A DNA stretch of 63,915 nt, the filler included, from Licmophora abbreviata (Eukaryota), in the NCBI GenBank assembly GCA_900291995.1. It is 8 parts of 8 records of this genome, joined end to end, with 100 filler letters (N's around TTAATTAATTAA, not from the genome) between each part and the next. Parts side by side here need not be neighbours in the genome. Positions count along the whole stretch, not along the records: positions 1 to 31,279 come from OLMU01000063.1; 7 more parts are not named here. One strand, written 5' to 3'. This document shows positions 1-13,374 of the stretch, one piece after another (the first letter of the stretch is position 1; the number at the start of each line of letters is the position of its first letter). The notes beneath the pieces were generated by a model. That model saw only the letters and a list, made by a program, of their open reading frames with translations. It did not search any database and was not told where the DNA came from. The position numbers and the translations under genes were made by a program.

Positions 1-1280
1 GACACACAGGCAGCATATCAATACCAACGCATTCAAGCCTCAACGGCTACCCGCAGCTCACCTGTATGGTCGTGGAGCTGTGTGCCGGATCGGCGCCTAG
101 CTTTTTTAGAAGCAGTGGCAACACCGCACCTAGACAGATGCTAGTAAAAACAATCAACGCCAAAGCGGACGTAACGGCGATGCTTTCGGGAAGCGGCGTC
201 CGAAATGCCACTGCTCTGACAAAGCCTGCGGTGCTCAGTATGGAGCAGAGCGACGCTGCCATTTTCAATTCACGGGCCAGGAACTGGCCCTGCGTGCGCT
301 CATTGAGAGTTCCAAGTGCCAGACCACGAATTACTGAATTTGAGAATGCCGATGCAGTAGCGGATAAAGGTGAGGTAAAGATTAGGACACGAAGCAACGA
401 AAACAATCGTGCGCACGGGCGTCGGTACTAGGTACTTACCTCGCACACTAGCTTGATTTCCCGCATTGCCTCCCGCTCCAACCAGCATAGTGAGAAAGTA
501 GATAATGACAGGATGCCTGGCCAGCAGTAGCTCGTTGCGACTCAGTATCAGACCTGAGCACGATTGCAAGGCCAATAACCCCACAAGCCATATCGCTCGA
601 TCCCGCAAGGCTTGTCTAAACGAAATGGTGGGCTCGACGGGACATTGTTCATCATCATCATTGCACCATGAGGGCATATCTGCCTCTATTTCTTCTCCAG
701 GCATCGTAATTCCGTACGGCTCGAGTGGACGTTCCGTCGGCAGATCAGAAAACCACGCCCCGTCTCCCATTTGTTCTCGCATCTTATTTTCACCTTCAAA
801 GCTTTCAATGACAATTTTGCCAGCGTTTTGCTGCAAATATTCATTTTCCAACTCCAACTGGCGAATCATGTCACGCAACAATTCATTTTCGCGTTGGAGC
901 ACCTCATAGTGCTTTCCGCTTGTTTCCGCTTCGCTTGGGGGTAACGATTGTCGGCGATGAAGATTGTTCTTCCTACGAACGCGTGTGACCAGCGACGCAA
1001 TACTTCCCTGAAAGAGTCTGCGATGGGATTTACTTTCCGCCCTATCAACATCATCGCCACTACTGCTGTGAGATATCCAGACACGGCTTGTACGGCACTG
1101 CAATCCGCGCTGTGGCGGTGACAAAGGACCATGCAACAGGGCTGACGGACTCCACCCGAAAGCAGTGAGAATGTGGGCAAAAATTGACAGTCCAACGAGA
1201 CAGGACCGTTCTCTCCATCTCCTTGGCTGTCTAGCGGCTGAAGTTGAGCGACGCATTCGTTCCAGTCGAGATGCCGCCAT
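1..1280 (-). CDS. MgtE-family (integral membrane domain) divalent cation/Mg2+ transporter; 3' end runs off the window
   Basis: Motifs RAIWLVGLL, MLVGAGGNAGNQA and LGADPAHSSTTIQ match the MgtE TM domain (GGNxGxQ, DPA). Exons 1280-440 and 333-62. GT-AG intron 439-334 joins SVR|VIRGLA; the next donor GTGAGC is at 61. Confidence 0.85.
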
Positions 1281-1643
1281 GGTGATGTTCGATGTGATGG
1301 ATTTTGAGTGAGTCGATTATCGATGACAGCACCAAAGTTGGAATTGGGATTTTTCATTTTTCATTTTTCGGTGTGAATGACTCATCTCAGTCCCGAGTGA
1401 TCGAGCTATGAGGTCTCAAATCGAGAGAGACACCTCGAAGCTCATTCACGCAAACACCGAAGTGCCGAATGGAAGCAGACAGGCTGTTGTCACAGACCAA
1501 GACTAGCTGGCGTGTTTACCTGCATCGCAGCAAGCGTCTTTCCAATTGCTGTGGGTACAGATTTGATTTGGTGACCTGGTGGGATACAAAACTGCTAGAA
1601 CGAGAAGAAAATTGACCGAAATCGTCAAAAGCGTCGTCTCGGG

Positions 1644-3120
1644 ATGTCATCGTCGCCTTCGGAGATTTCCGTGCCAACGGTGGCCGCGAAACCTGCGGGT
1701 GGAAAGAAGCGTCGTCCTACCTTTCGCCCTGCCAGTCAGCGAAAGACGTCCAAGAAGACGGCTGGTCGAAAAGAATCGCCGAGCGAAGCGAAGAGTAGTA
1801 AACAGACTGATGGCGAACTTCCTGGTGCGCCAACCGGCGATGCTGCTTCAACTAGTACTGATGCTATGCCCAGGGTCAAGCATATCAAAAAGCGCAGTAA
1901 AGGACCAGCGGGAGTTTCGATCGGATTAAAAAGGTCGGGGAGGAATCGTCCGTGGGAGAACCCTTGCCGCTGGAAGCTAGCGTGACCGCAACCGAGGTCA
2001 GAAGTCCTACTGCGCCTGCACTTATTTTGGCCGCCACCGCTGCGCCCGCCACTTCTTTGGCGGCAGTAGCCACTGGGCAACGGGCGCTTTCGTCATTTTG
2101 CAGTACGTACAGAACGAAAACTCCAATGGAGAAAGGGGCAAAACCGAAGACGGGTGCGTCACCCGCCGCAACTGCTGTCAGCACCCCGACCAGTCGTGAG
2201 GCTCCGTCGAAGTCCGACGCGATAGCAGCGTCGACAGCGGGCCCCGTAGTGCAAGTCGTTAATGGTGAAATTGTCTTACAGGAGTCAAGCATGGTCGTTT
2301 CAGGAGCGCGACGGTCTGTTGAACAAGTGGAGGAAGAGTTCGAACAAGTTGTCGAGGAAGAGGGTCATTCTGCTGTGGTGGGTGCCTCATACAACTCGTT
2401 TGTGTCGCGTCGTGCACCGCAACATTGGTCAGTAACAGAAACGAAAAAGTTTTATCATGCGTTGAGACAGATGGGACCCGACTTTGGTACCATGGAGGCC
2501 ATCTTTGAAAATCGTACCCGAAAACAGTTGAAGCGGAAGTATCAGATTGAAAACAGCAAGAATCCGCATCTAATTGAATTGGCGCTGAACCCCAAAGCCC
2601 AAGTTCCGTTAGGTACGTCTAAATCCATGTTTGCACTTGCGATGATTTTCTTCTTTCTCATGTTTTCGTCGTTCGCCGTTCTACAGATATGTCCGCGTTC
2701 AAAGTGGATACAGTGGCTGCCAAGAAGGGCGGAAACTCCAACAAGATCAAAACGGCAGCATCGTCGGTGACTGCAGATCCAGCTGCTTCTCTTCTTACTG
2801 GTGGCGACACTTCCACTCAAATTAGCTCTGGGGGAGAGATCGATGAGGAGCAAGATGTGCCTGGTGCATCCACGAATCAAGATGATGTACCGACCGATGC
2901 CGAAAACAACACTCGTTTCGACATGGCGACGGCCGCCAACGCGGAAGAAGAGTTCGTCGATCCACCTCCCGAACCCTTCTTTGAAGACAATGAGCCTGTC
3001 AACTCCACTGTAGGTACAGCTGGTGCGATTCCGCTGGCGCCTGAACCGTCTACTAAGCCTCGTCCGGCTCCCAAACGACCCAAGTTCAAGGCGACCCGAA
3101 GTTCCAAACGGGGAAAATAG
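1644..3120 (+). CDS. BDP1: TFIIIB subunit B'' (Bdp1)-like SANT/Myb protein
   Basis: WSVTETKKFYHALRQMGPDFGTMEAIFENRTRKQLKRKYQIENSKNPHLIELAL is the Bdp1 SANT signature, preceded by GPVVQVVNGEIVLQESS. Intron 2613-2686 joins the 2689-3120 ORF. A frame break near 1926-1934 separates the first ORF (see findings). Confidence 0.8.
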
Positions 3121-3645
3121 ACTTCTTGACTTCAGTCAGCCTCATGATTGGAGAAGACCTAATTGCTGGATGGAATCATGATATCGGGTGGATTTATCGA
3201 CTATACCATTGCACAGACTTGTGTGACGTCCGCGTTGACTTGTCCCGCATCAAGCTTGCGTTCCCGCCATTTGAGCTCAAAACACGTAACAGCAGTAGCT
3301 GGTAAATATCTCACCATGCTACCTGGCTCTATCGATCTCGAATGAACTTAGTCAGGGAAACAGCTTCGAGTGGAAAGTTACGATATCATGTAGACCTAGA
3401 CTACGGTAGATCGTCCCGAGCCCCTTCTGCTCACAAAATACTCGTTCGAGCGGGGGACGGACAGCACGCTTTCTCAACGGATGAGGTCATCGCGCGGTCT
3501 TGCATGCCTCCCGGAGGGGTCTTTGGCGACAACGACGAGCGATGATGATAATGAAAGCCTGGGTTGTCTACACGGCGACACATCTCTGACTGAACCAACC
3601 TTCTTGTCGCTACATCGAACAATTCCAAGGAATAATTGAACAGCT

Positions 3646-6600
3646 ATGTCGGCGGAAGATAACAATCAAGAGAAGAAGGTGAGAAGATCTGGAAGATGTG
3701 GTCGGCCGATTTTCCAAACGAGTCTTACTTCTGGATTCCAATGTCAAAACACCATTGTACTCCGTCTCTCACTCGTTTTCACTTGAATTTCGCCGCATAG
3801 CCCGGGTTTGGTCGTAACTTCGGAGGGTTTGGTTTGAGCAAACTTGGGGAATCAATTCGCAGCCAGGCTGAGGAATTAAGTAGCAAGGCGGCTGCGTCTG
3901 TCAACGAGCTCAATGCCAAGGCCAAGCAGGCGGCGGAAAGCACGACAACTCCCAGAGGTGCATCCAATGGCGATGAAGCGACCAGTGTCACCAGTCCTAC
4001 TCCGTCGGTCACTGCATCGTCGACCGCGCTCAGCAAGTCCCCGCAGGACGTGACGAAGGATGAGCTACTTGAAGTGCTGCAGAAGATGAATAAGAAAGTC
4101 AAGGCGCTCTCAGCCTTGCGAGTGACTTTAACTGAGCGTGTCAAAATAGCAGAGGACGACAAATCTAGACTACTTACCTTGGTCAGGGAGGAGATTCTCA
4201 ACGAAAGCAACCTCGAATTGGACGAAAACAAGGATGAGATTGAGCAGCTGCAGGCGGCGTGGCGCGCATCCGACGAGCAAAATTCCTTGGCGTTGCAGGA
4301 ACTGCAGAGCGAATACAAGGTCATCACCATGCAATGTCAGGCTGAAGTGGAGAAAGTCAAGGAAGCGGCCGAAGCCGAAGCACAGGCCAAGTTGGAAAAG
4401 GTGCGGACGGATACGATTGCTGATGGCAACGAGGCATGGGAGATGATGCGAGAACAACTTGTGAACAAGCACCAAGAAGAAATGAATCGACTTCGAACGG
4501 AACTTTCGGAACAACACTCGTCAGAAATGGGATCACTGAAAGAGCAGCTCGCGAAGGAGATGGGGACTGAGGCAAATGGTGTCGCAAACTCTGATGAACT
4601 CCATGTCCAAGAGATCGAGAAAATTAAGACGGCCGCTGCTACGCAGCTCCAAACTTTCAAAAAGAAAGTCGCCGCGGCACGAGCACTGGAGATTGATAAA
4701 GTCAAGAACGAAATGGCAGAGGCCGCCAAAAGTGAAATGGCTGACAAGGTCGAAGAGTTGTCTAAGGCTCATACTGCCGAAGTTGCTTCGCTCCAGTCTC
4801 AACTGCAATCGTCGATGTCGAACGACGACATAGAGAAGCGTCACAATGAAGAGCTCGAGACTCTTCGGGAAGAATTGAAATCCGCCCATGAGATTGAACT
4901 AAAACGTGTGCGTGAAGAGCTTGACTCTGCAGCAAAGACATCACACGAACAGATGGTAGAATCAGTCAAGGCTGAGACTACCAGTGCGATCGAATCAAAG
5001 CACACCCGCATGGTGGACGAACTTCGCCAGCAACACAAAGCTCAGATTGAAGAATTGAAAGCTTCTTTATTGGCAGAATCGTCTGCTGCTACTGATCAAA
5101 CTTTGAGGGAAGCGAAAGAACAATTTGATTTGGAACTTGCTCGCAATCGGGATGAAATGAGGTCAGCTCACGAACTGGAAGTTGCAGGTGTACGCGAAGA
5201 AGTCTCCAAGAAATTCGAAGTATCGCAGTCGGAGCAGAGTGACACGAGAGAGAGACAAATACTGGACGATGCCGCGTCGCGACACTCTCGCGCAATCGAA
5301 GATCTGAAGAGTGCTCACGCCGAGGAGCTGGAGTCGCTACGCGGCCAGCTGGAAGAAGTGACAGCCGCATCAACCGTCGAAGCGCTTGATGCATCTGAAA
5401 AGCGTCATGAGAGTGAGCTTTCTTCTCTGCGAGAGGAGCTGAAGGGTGAGCATCAGCAGGAAATGGACCGTGTTCTAAGGGAACTGAGCGAATCCGCAGC
5501 ATCCTTCCATTCGTCGCAGATGGAACAGCTGAAGGGAGACCTGACTGAAGCTGCCGAAAAGCAGCACCAATCAAGAATTAGTGAGCTTGCGGCAGTCCAT
5601 GAAGCACAGCTCGATTCCCTTGAAAAGCAGCTGAAGGAAGCAGCTAGTACCGGTGCACGGAAGGCGCTTGAAGAGCGTGACAGCCAGTACCAGAATGATC
5701 TCGCTCGCGCCATGGAAGAGCGAAATACCGCTCACAATGAGGAAGTCGACAAGCTGCGAATGGAATTGAGTGCGCATGCTGATTCTTCTCGGTCAGACGA
5801 AATCAAAAAACTGAAGGTCATACATAGAGCCGAGGTTGATCGCATTAGAGAGGAGGCTGCTGATCTGCTCGAAGCTAAGGTGGAGCATGTGCGCCAGGAA
5901 GCTTCCGAATCGATGGAGGCGAAAGTCCACGATATTCAACAGAAGTACGCTGAGATGACGAAGAAGCGAGATAGTGACTTTGCACGACAGCTAGAAAGCG
6001 CTCAACAGGAAGCAGCCTCTGCTACTGATGATGCAGTGCAAGCAAAGAATGACCTTGATAAGACGTTAGCCGAACTCAAGTCGATTCGAAAGTCTGAATC
6101 AACTCAGATCGAACTTGAATCTAAACTGAACATTTCCGAAGAGAATGTTCGTCAACTCAGTGAAGAACTCCAGCTGGCCCGGCAGCAAGTGGAAACAACC
6201 GCTCAGGAACTCACGGCGGCAACAGGAAAAGTGGAGGCTGCAGAAAAGGACAAGGCGGCAGTACTCGCGGCTGCCAAAGAGGGCGAGGATATATCGAAAA
6301 GAAATCTAGAAGCGGCGCTTGAGAAGCAACGCATATCATTTGACGAGATACAATCCTCCTTGACCGAAAAGGCGAGAAAGGAGCAAGATGACCTACGATC
6401 TAGGCTGCAAGAAGCAACAGAGGCCAATCAGAAGACGGAAGGAGAGGTGGCACAGCTAAAAACAGAACTTGCTCTTATGGAACAGTCGCTCAGTCAAAGC
6501 GAAAAGGTAGCCCGAGACTCGTCTGAATCGGCGAACGTGGTTGAAGAAGAGCGGCGAGCGGAGTTGCTCGCGGTTCAACAAGAATGTACACAGCTGAGAT

Positions 6601-9600
6601 CGGCCCTTGAAGAGCTACAATTGCAGTACGAATTGGGCCAGGAGACGTTAGAGAAACAGTCCGGAGATGCTACTAGTTTACTGGAGCAGACGAAGGCGGA
6701 ACTGGCGACGTCACGTGAGAAACTCGCTGCCTTGGAAACTCACTATTCTACTGTTATTTCTTCCTCGGCCGCCAACCACGAGGCGAAGATTGAACAGTTG
6801 AATGAACTCTTAAGTGTTCGCGAAGAGGAGCTCCAACGATCCGTGGCTGCGGTCTCTGATGCGACTCGAAAGTACGAAGAGCAGCAAGAAACGCTTGCGA
6901 AGGTTGAGCGTGAGCTCTCCGACATCACGTCGGTGAACGGCGAAGCGACTTCTTCATTACAAGCGGATTTGTCTACCCTGACTGAAGAGAGGGATGCTCT
7001 AAGGACGGAAGTGGATCAAATGGTGACACAGTCAGAATTGAAAGTTGGTCAATACGAGGCTGCTCTCAATGAGGTCCGAATTGAACTGGCATCGGCGAGT
7101 CAGAAGGTCGAAGAACAACACCAGCTTGTTGAAAAAGCGACTGCAGGTCATGCGGCTGCCGACAACGAAAAGAAAAAGCTGTCAGAGAAACTGAACACAG
7201 TGTATGCCGATCTTGAGGCGGCGCAATCCCACCTTTCGTCTCTAGAAGATCAACACGCGAAAGAGATGGCAGTGTTGACCGAATCATTGAAAGTAGAAGG
7301 CTCTAAAGGTGAAGAGCAGGCCGCAGCATTCCATCAGCGGGTCATGCTCGCAAAGGACGCGGAAATTGCTGAGTTGAAGTCTGATTACGATTCCAAGCTA
7401 CAGGCAGCAGCGAAGGGCAAGCTGCAGGCAGTCGAGCTCGTGAAGAAATTGAAAGCGGCGAGTGAGCAGAGAATTGCGGCCCTCAAGAAGGAGCATTCAG
7501 TCGCACTCGAGCGCAAAACTGAAGAGAGAGTCGACCTAGAAGATCGTCTTAGGGAAGAGCATGCGGGGAAGCTCAAGGAAATGGAAGTTGCATCAGCAAG
7601 AGCCGCTGAAGAGTCTAAAGCAAAGTTTGAGGCGCTCATCGGCAGCCATTCTGCCACCGTGGAGACGTTGAGAAAAGAAAAGGACAGTTTAGAGTCGACG
7701 TTGAGAGCCGATTTCGAAGTGAAGCTATTGTCACTTCAATCTGAGTTGGATAAAGCGAACGCGAGATCTGGAGATCTGGAGCGGTCAAGCGCTGACAACC
7801 TTCAGAAGGAGTTTAATGCTCGTATAAGAGAGCTAGAGTCAAACCATGAATTAGCGCTCCAACAGACCGAAGAGACGAGCCGCAAAAGAATAATGGCACA
7901 AGCATCCTCTGAGCATGAAAGTGTTCTGCTTTCGCTCAATCAAGAACATGAGGAAGAGATCACCAGAATCCAGTCCGAAAATGAACATCGAGAAGAAAAG
8001 TTGCAAACCGACTTCGACCAGCAACTGAAAGAAGCAATTGCGGATCACTCTGCCGAGAAGGAGAAATTGAAGCAGCTCTTCGAGAAGCATTCCGACGACT
8101 TGAAAACCCGGTTCCGCGAGAAGATGCTCTCCGTACAAGATGAACTCAAGCGCACTGTGTCGTCCCTTCGGGAAGATCTCAAGACGAAAGAGACTGCCAT
8201 GGAAAAGATGGCAAACGACCTGAAGGCGTCAGTGAAGAAATGCTCAGAAATGGAAGCAGACACTGACACGATGCGGAACAAGCTAACATCAGAGAGCGTC
8301 GTTCAACAAGCTTTACAGAAGAAAATCGACGCCATGAAGACAGAGCTTGACGAGGTTGTCGCGACGAACTCTGCCACTCTGACGTCGCTACTGCAGGAGC
8401 AAGACAAGCTGAAGGCGGAAAGGGACCTGTTAAAGTCGCAGGTCGAGGAAGTTTGCCGTGAGCGAGATCTCAACACCAACATGGTCGAGGAGCTGTCAGG
8501 CAAGCTGAGAGCATTGTCGAACAATCTAAATGTGATAGCTGAAGAACGCAAAGACGTCGATGCGAAGCTTCAGGAGGCTGCCAAGCAGGAGGCTCATGCG
8601 AAAGCGGCGGAAGGAGAGAACTCGACTCTTCGCGAACAAATCAACAAGTTGAAGCTTGATCAGACGAAGACTGCAAGTCTGATTGCGCGTCTACAGGCAG
8701 AAAGTGACGCTAGCGAGCGCAAACATGGACAGAGGACCGCTTTGGTGGGAATGCTTGAGTCACAACTTGCAGAGTTGAACGAGAAGAACACTGACTCGAC
8801 ATCGAAACTCGAGGCAGCCATGTACGACCTTGGACAGAAAGACGAAGCTATCGATAGCTTGAACGACAAGCTTGAGATCGCAGAAAAGTCTCTGAAGCAA
8901 GCGCAGACGGCGCAGAAGCAGGCCAATGAGTCTCTCTCTAGCGCCCACAAAAATGTTGAAGCAAAGAAAGCGAAAATGGTTGAAAGCCTACAACGTGAAC
9001 TGCAAAATGTGCAGCAGCAGATGGCGCGAAAGAGCGCAGCAGCACAACGCCTTCTTCAAGAGAGAGAGGCGGAATGCGTAGAATTACGGAAGACAAATAA
9101 GACGTTGCAACAGGAAGTCGACAAAGGTAGTCTAAGCGATCGTCGTATATTTGAGCTGGCCGCAAAGCAGAGTAATCGGGAATCTGTTGCTGCGGGGGAA
9201 ATCGAGATACGAGATAGACAGATTGAGAGTCAAAAGGCGGCTCTCCTGGCCCGGGATGCCGATTTGGCGACTGCCGAGTACGATGTCCAGAGGGCCGAAG
9301 GGCAGGTGGAAGAACTTTGTCGAGTGCGAAGACGGGAGGATTTGAATGTGGACTACTTGAAAGGCATTGTTGTTCAATATCTATCAAAACCTCCAGGTTC
9401 GAGCGAGCGGGCGCAGCTTCTGCCGGTCCTCGCTACACTGCTACAGGTGAGCAATGTCGAGAATGAATCTGTTTCAGTTTATGCGCGTCCAATGATATCT
9501 AACGATTCTCTCTAATTGATATACGCAGTTCGATGAAAATGACTACATCCAGATTGAGGCAGGCAAGAGCAAGGTTAGCTGGCTCGGCTCTGTTGTCCCA

Positions 9601-9774
9601 ATCTTGATCACGCCGCCTACACCAACTCTGGCGCCTCCAATGTCGGCACCGTCTGTACCATCATCTGCCCAACAAGTACAACCTCTGCTCCACACCAAGT
9701 CTGCGGAGGTGCAGGTGTCAAAGATTACATCGGCAGATAGAGACACTCCAAAAGGGACATCGCTTCAGTTTTAG
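3646..9774 (+). CDS. Very long coiled-coil golgin with C-terminal GRIP domain (~1,970 aa)
   Basis: About 1,800 aa of E/K/A/L/Q heptad-rich sequence ending LNVDYLKGIVVQYL...LLPVLATLLQ|FDENDY (GRIP). Exon 1 is 3646-3678 (MSAEDNNQEKK). Introns 3679-3800 and 9447-9528 keep frame; stop TAG at 9772-9774. Confidence 0.85.
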
Positions 9775-9867
9775 ACTAGGAATTTCAGACTTTAAGCAAG
9801 TTGTATTAGAAGTATTTAGAATGCAGCCCCCGATGGCCACACTGCCGTTTCCTTTCGTGCCGCGCCA

Positions 9868-12397
9868 CTACGAGACAAAAGAAGGCATGTCGACAACAGA
9901 GACAGTGATATCGTCGTGTCTCGATCGGCGAGCCTGGCCATGAGGCAGCGACCTTAGCGCGCGCAAACTAGGAAATTTGCTCCCGCGACGAACCTTGTGT
10001 AGCAGTTGGTGAACGATCATATCTGCTGCTGAAGACTTGGGCAGTAGAGTGCGCTTCCTTTTTCGCGACGGGGTCAACAAGTCGCCCGAAGACGACTGAT
10101 CGTTCTTCTTCTGTTTCTGTTGCTTGTCGTCGGCGATGCGCTCATCCGAATAGCTGCGAGCCCAGCACAGAACATCTGCGCCATTGGCGTGATCCCAAAC
10201 TCCATCAGTACAAAGTACTAGTACACGATCGGACGATTTCGTGAGAAGCCTGGAATTCACTTCGGGGCGAGCCGTAATATACGGAACGGCTTTCTTGTAC
10301 GGTGGGAAGCTCAAACGCGATGTCTTGAGATACGCGTCGCCAAGCTGTGGCGAAGGGAAAAACGAAACAAGCAGTAGGAAACTTTAGCACATATTCGCCT
10401 CTTCAATAAATACGAGTACAATGCTTCTTACCGCTCGAGTTACAGCCAAGCTACCAGCGACCCGCTTGATGCCACCGACACTGTTTGTACAGATTGCCCT
10501 TGGAGCACCGTTACAACGTCGCAATACCGACTTTACTTCGACAGGATTGCATGCAGAATGATCCGTCGTGAGGTCGATAGCCCGCATAACTGACGTGAGC
10601 GGCAGCGGTTTCGTTGAAGTATGCTGATTGGCCGTTCCATCTGTAGCCGCCGCGGACACACCCCTTCGATCGCTCGGAGCAGGAGGCAGAGGAACGAAAG
10701 GAGAGTGACGATCGGGAGTAGAACGAAGCGCATATGAGCGTCTGGATGGCCGCTGCATGTAGCTCGACTCCGAACATGTCTCCTTGTTAAAGCTCCCGGC
10801 ATCATATCTCGGCACACAGTCGTCGTCGCCGCTCTCCTCATCGTCATCACTACAGCTCCAACAGTCCGCCTCGTCACTGCTGCTGTCATTGATTGAGTCC
10901 GATTCCCTCCCTGCCGGAAAGGCCTCTTCGACTCCTATTCCTTCATTTGGCATAATCTTAACAGTCAGAGGAGGGGATGTGCTCAGCATAACTGCTCGAC
11001 AATCGCCAACCCAGGCTGAGTACAACATAGCTGGATGCGAGCGATATCCATGACTCATGGACCCACCCGAAGGGCAAACACTAGGAGCGTCGTAGCTTGG
11101 ATCTTTCAGCGGTATCGAACGAGAAACATTCTCAGAGATTTTCGGGTCGTATCCCTCACCGCCGTCTTCCTCAGTCGCTGTAGCCTCGGATTCGGAAGTA
11201 GACCCATGCGAAGTTTTGCACACATCCGATGAAACTGGGCTCGAAAAGCCTGATACCCGAGAGTTGTCGTTTGGCCGTTTCTCCGAAAGTTCCTGTCCAG
11301 GCAAGTCGCTGGAGAGTAAGAGCAACCAGTGCACAGGCCCCAGCATTCCAAAGTCCGTTAGTTTCGCAGAACCTCTGTCGAGAAGTTCTAGAATCCACAG
11401 AATTGATCCAGCCTTCATCCACCGACAGGAAAGAATCTGTGACAGCGCTGGTTACTTTGGCAACCTCACAGGTCGAATGCATTCCCACGGATTCGTCTTC
11501 GACTTCGTGAGAGACGGAGGTGCTGACCGACGCACTCTCTGATGACAAGGCATGATCAACGTCGAGAGACGAGAGGAGGGAGGAATCTCTTTCCTTCGGC
11601 GCCGCAGTTGATGGGTGATATTTTCTCTCCTTGCTTTCACTACCCATGCGACTAGCAATCGCCACTCGTGCACAATTGCCGTCATCACTGTCACTACCGT
11701 CGTCTTCGCTCTCGTCACGAGGTGCGTGATATGGAAACGATCTAGCAGTTGTCATCCTCGAAGTATCAATGAGCTTGTCGAAATCTAGTGCATTCGCGTC
11801 GCGGAGTTCTCCATTGACCATACATACACCACGCTCCACGATCTCACACTCCAGAGCCTGCGATACGCTTGCAGCAATGTGCGGACACAAGACCTCGGAC
11901 ACATAGTCCGCCACAATGTCTCCACCATGACCGTCGATGACTGACCAGAGTGACAGTCGAATCAGCACATTATTCTCTGACTTTGGTCGTAACAGCACGT
12001 TGACAAGCGAAGAGTTGCGATCCTCCGACGGGGCGTTTGCAGCGTATGTCGACGTCCACATGCAAGTATGGGGATCAGAAAAGGTCGGAAGTGCGGCTGG
12101 AAGGTGATCGGGAATGTCAGATGGAGACACCACGAGGCGCTCTGTAGCTTCCGAATCTGGGGAGTGAAAGAAGGATTCGTCGGTCACAGTAGCGTCACGT
12201 CGGGGTGCATCAGGAAAAGCAGAGTAAACGGGCGATGGATCGGTCTCATCAATACTATCACACTTTTTGGAGCGGTCTTGATTCTCCGTCGATGGGTCAC
12301 CATGCAGCTCTGTTGAGGTTTCTATCATATCGTCGGGATGTTCCCTGGGCGCGTTTTCCCCGCCAATGCTGATGCCTACGGTTGGTGGGAAAGTCAT
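9868..12397 (-). CDS. PP2C (PPM) family protein phosphatase with long low-complexity insertions
   Basis: PP2C motifs in order: SEDR, VIDGHGG, AGACAL, WVGDCRAV, LTTDH, GSLAVTRA|LGD, LCTDGVWD, HDDITV. Intron 10431-10345. The frame change between ORFs 11171-12397 and 10384-11418 is resolved by a candidate 79-nt GTATCA...CTACAG intron (11256-11178). Confidence 0.88.
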
Positions 12398-13269
12398 GTC
12401 GTCGTCAGGACCGCCCTCTTCGTCAGAGTCTCCCCCCGCTCTCTGGACGTCCTGTCGTCAAAAATTAGACAAGGAAACGAAAAAGAAAATATAATGAGCA
12501 ACGCGTCATCTGAGAACAGCGGAATAGCTTGTTCACATTGAGACTTGGAACATGACGAATACGATGATGATGATGCCGCCACATCGGAGTGAGTCGCGAC
12601 AAGATCATTTTTCAATCGCGTTCCGCTTTCGCGCGAAAAACATCGCACGTCAAACGAGGCGAGGGACAGACGCTCTGATGTCAGCTGACCGTCTGTCCGC
12701 CACTGCGTGTCGCGCGCAAATCGAAAACGAAAGCAAGGCAAAAAAGTTTGCCGCCGACACGATGTGCCGCGTCCGAGTCTGCCGTACCTTGGAACCTGGC
12801 TGATTCGGGGGCGTTTCCCTGAAAGCCAAATCTACAGGGTGCATGGGACAGCGAACGGGGGTGACTGCACCGCTGGTAGCGACAACAACGAGAGATCGCC
12901 CGCGGCTTTCCGTGGCGCCATTGTGGTTGACTCCGTCGTGACTCTCCATTATTTCGTCGATTGAGCAGCTCGGATGTTCCACAGCACAGTATAAACACAC
13001 CAGATGAGATCTTTGAGGACAGTGAAGCACAACAGGGATCCCAAAAAGGCTGGAGTGACTTAGTTTCCTATCTCGAAGCGACGCGGCTCAGTGCAGCGTG
13101 TGTGACATCCGAAAGTGAAAGAAAGTCAACCTTCAAACGCTCAAAGCGCGAGAAAACTGCGCGCTCCAAGATCGCGAATACCTTGCAGAGGAGCTCGTCT
13201 TGTTTTCAGAATGTGATCGTCGTCGATGACGATGGTGTTGTCCACCCATCGTCAATCTGCATAATCATC

Positions 13270-13289
13270 GTGTGTGTGTGTGTGTGTGT
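13270..13289. repeat. (GT)10 microsatellite
   Basis: Perfect dinucleotide run, about 85 bp upstream of the ATG at 13375. Confidence 0.95.
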
Positions 13290-13374
13290 CTCACTCTATA
13301 CCTATATGCATCACATTCGCCAACGGTATACCAAAGCCATCAGTAGAGCAATAGACTGATTTTTAAGTTCCATC

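Noticed and set aside
1926..1934. Programmed -1 ribosomal frameshift in BDP1
   Set aside because: TTA AAA AGG is not a proper X XXY YYZ heptamer in the needed phase, and another homopolymer break in the window points to sequencing error.
3779..9387. Many 60-180 aa antisense and alternate-frame ORFs within the golgin
   Set aside because: Ser/Leu/Phe-rich shadows of an E/K-rich coiled-coil coding strand.
12394..13359. Short ORFs of 80-130 aa between PP2C and the RRM-like gene
   Set aside because: They overlap on both strands, have no domain motifs, and one runs through a GT microsatellite; likely a divergent promoter/UTR region.
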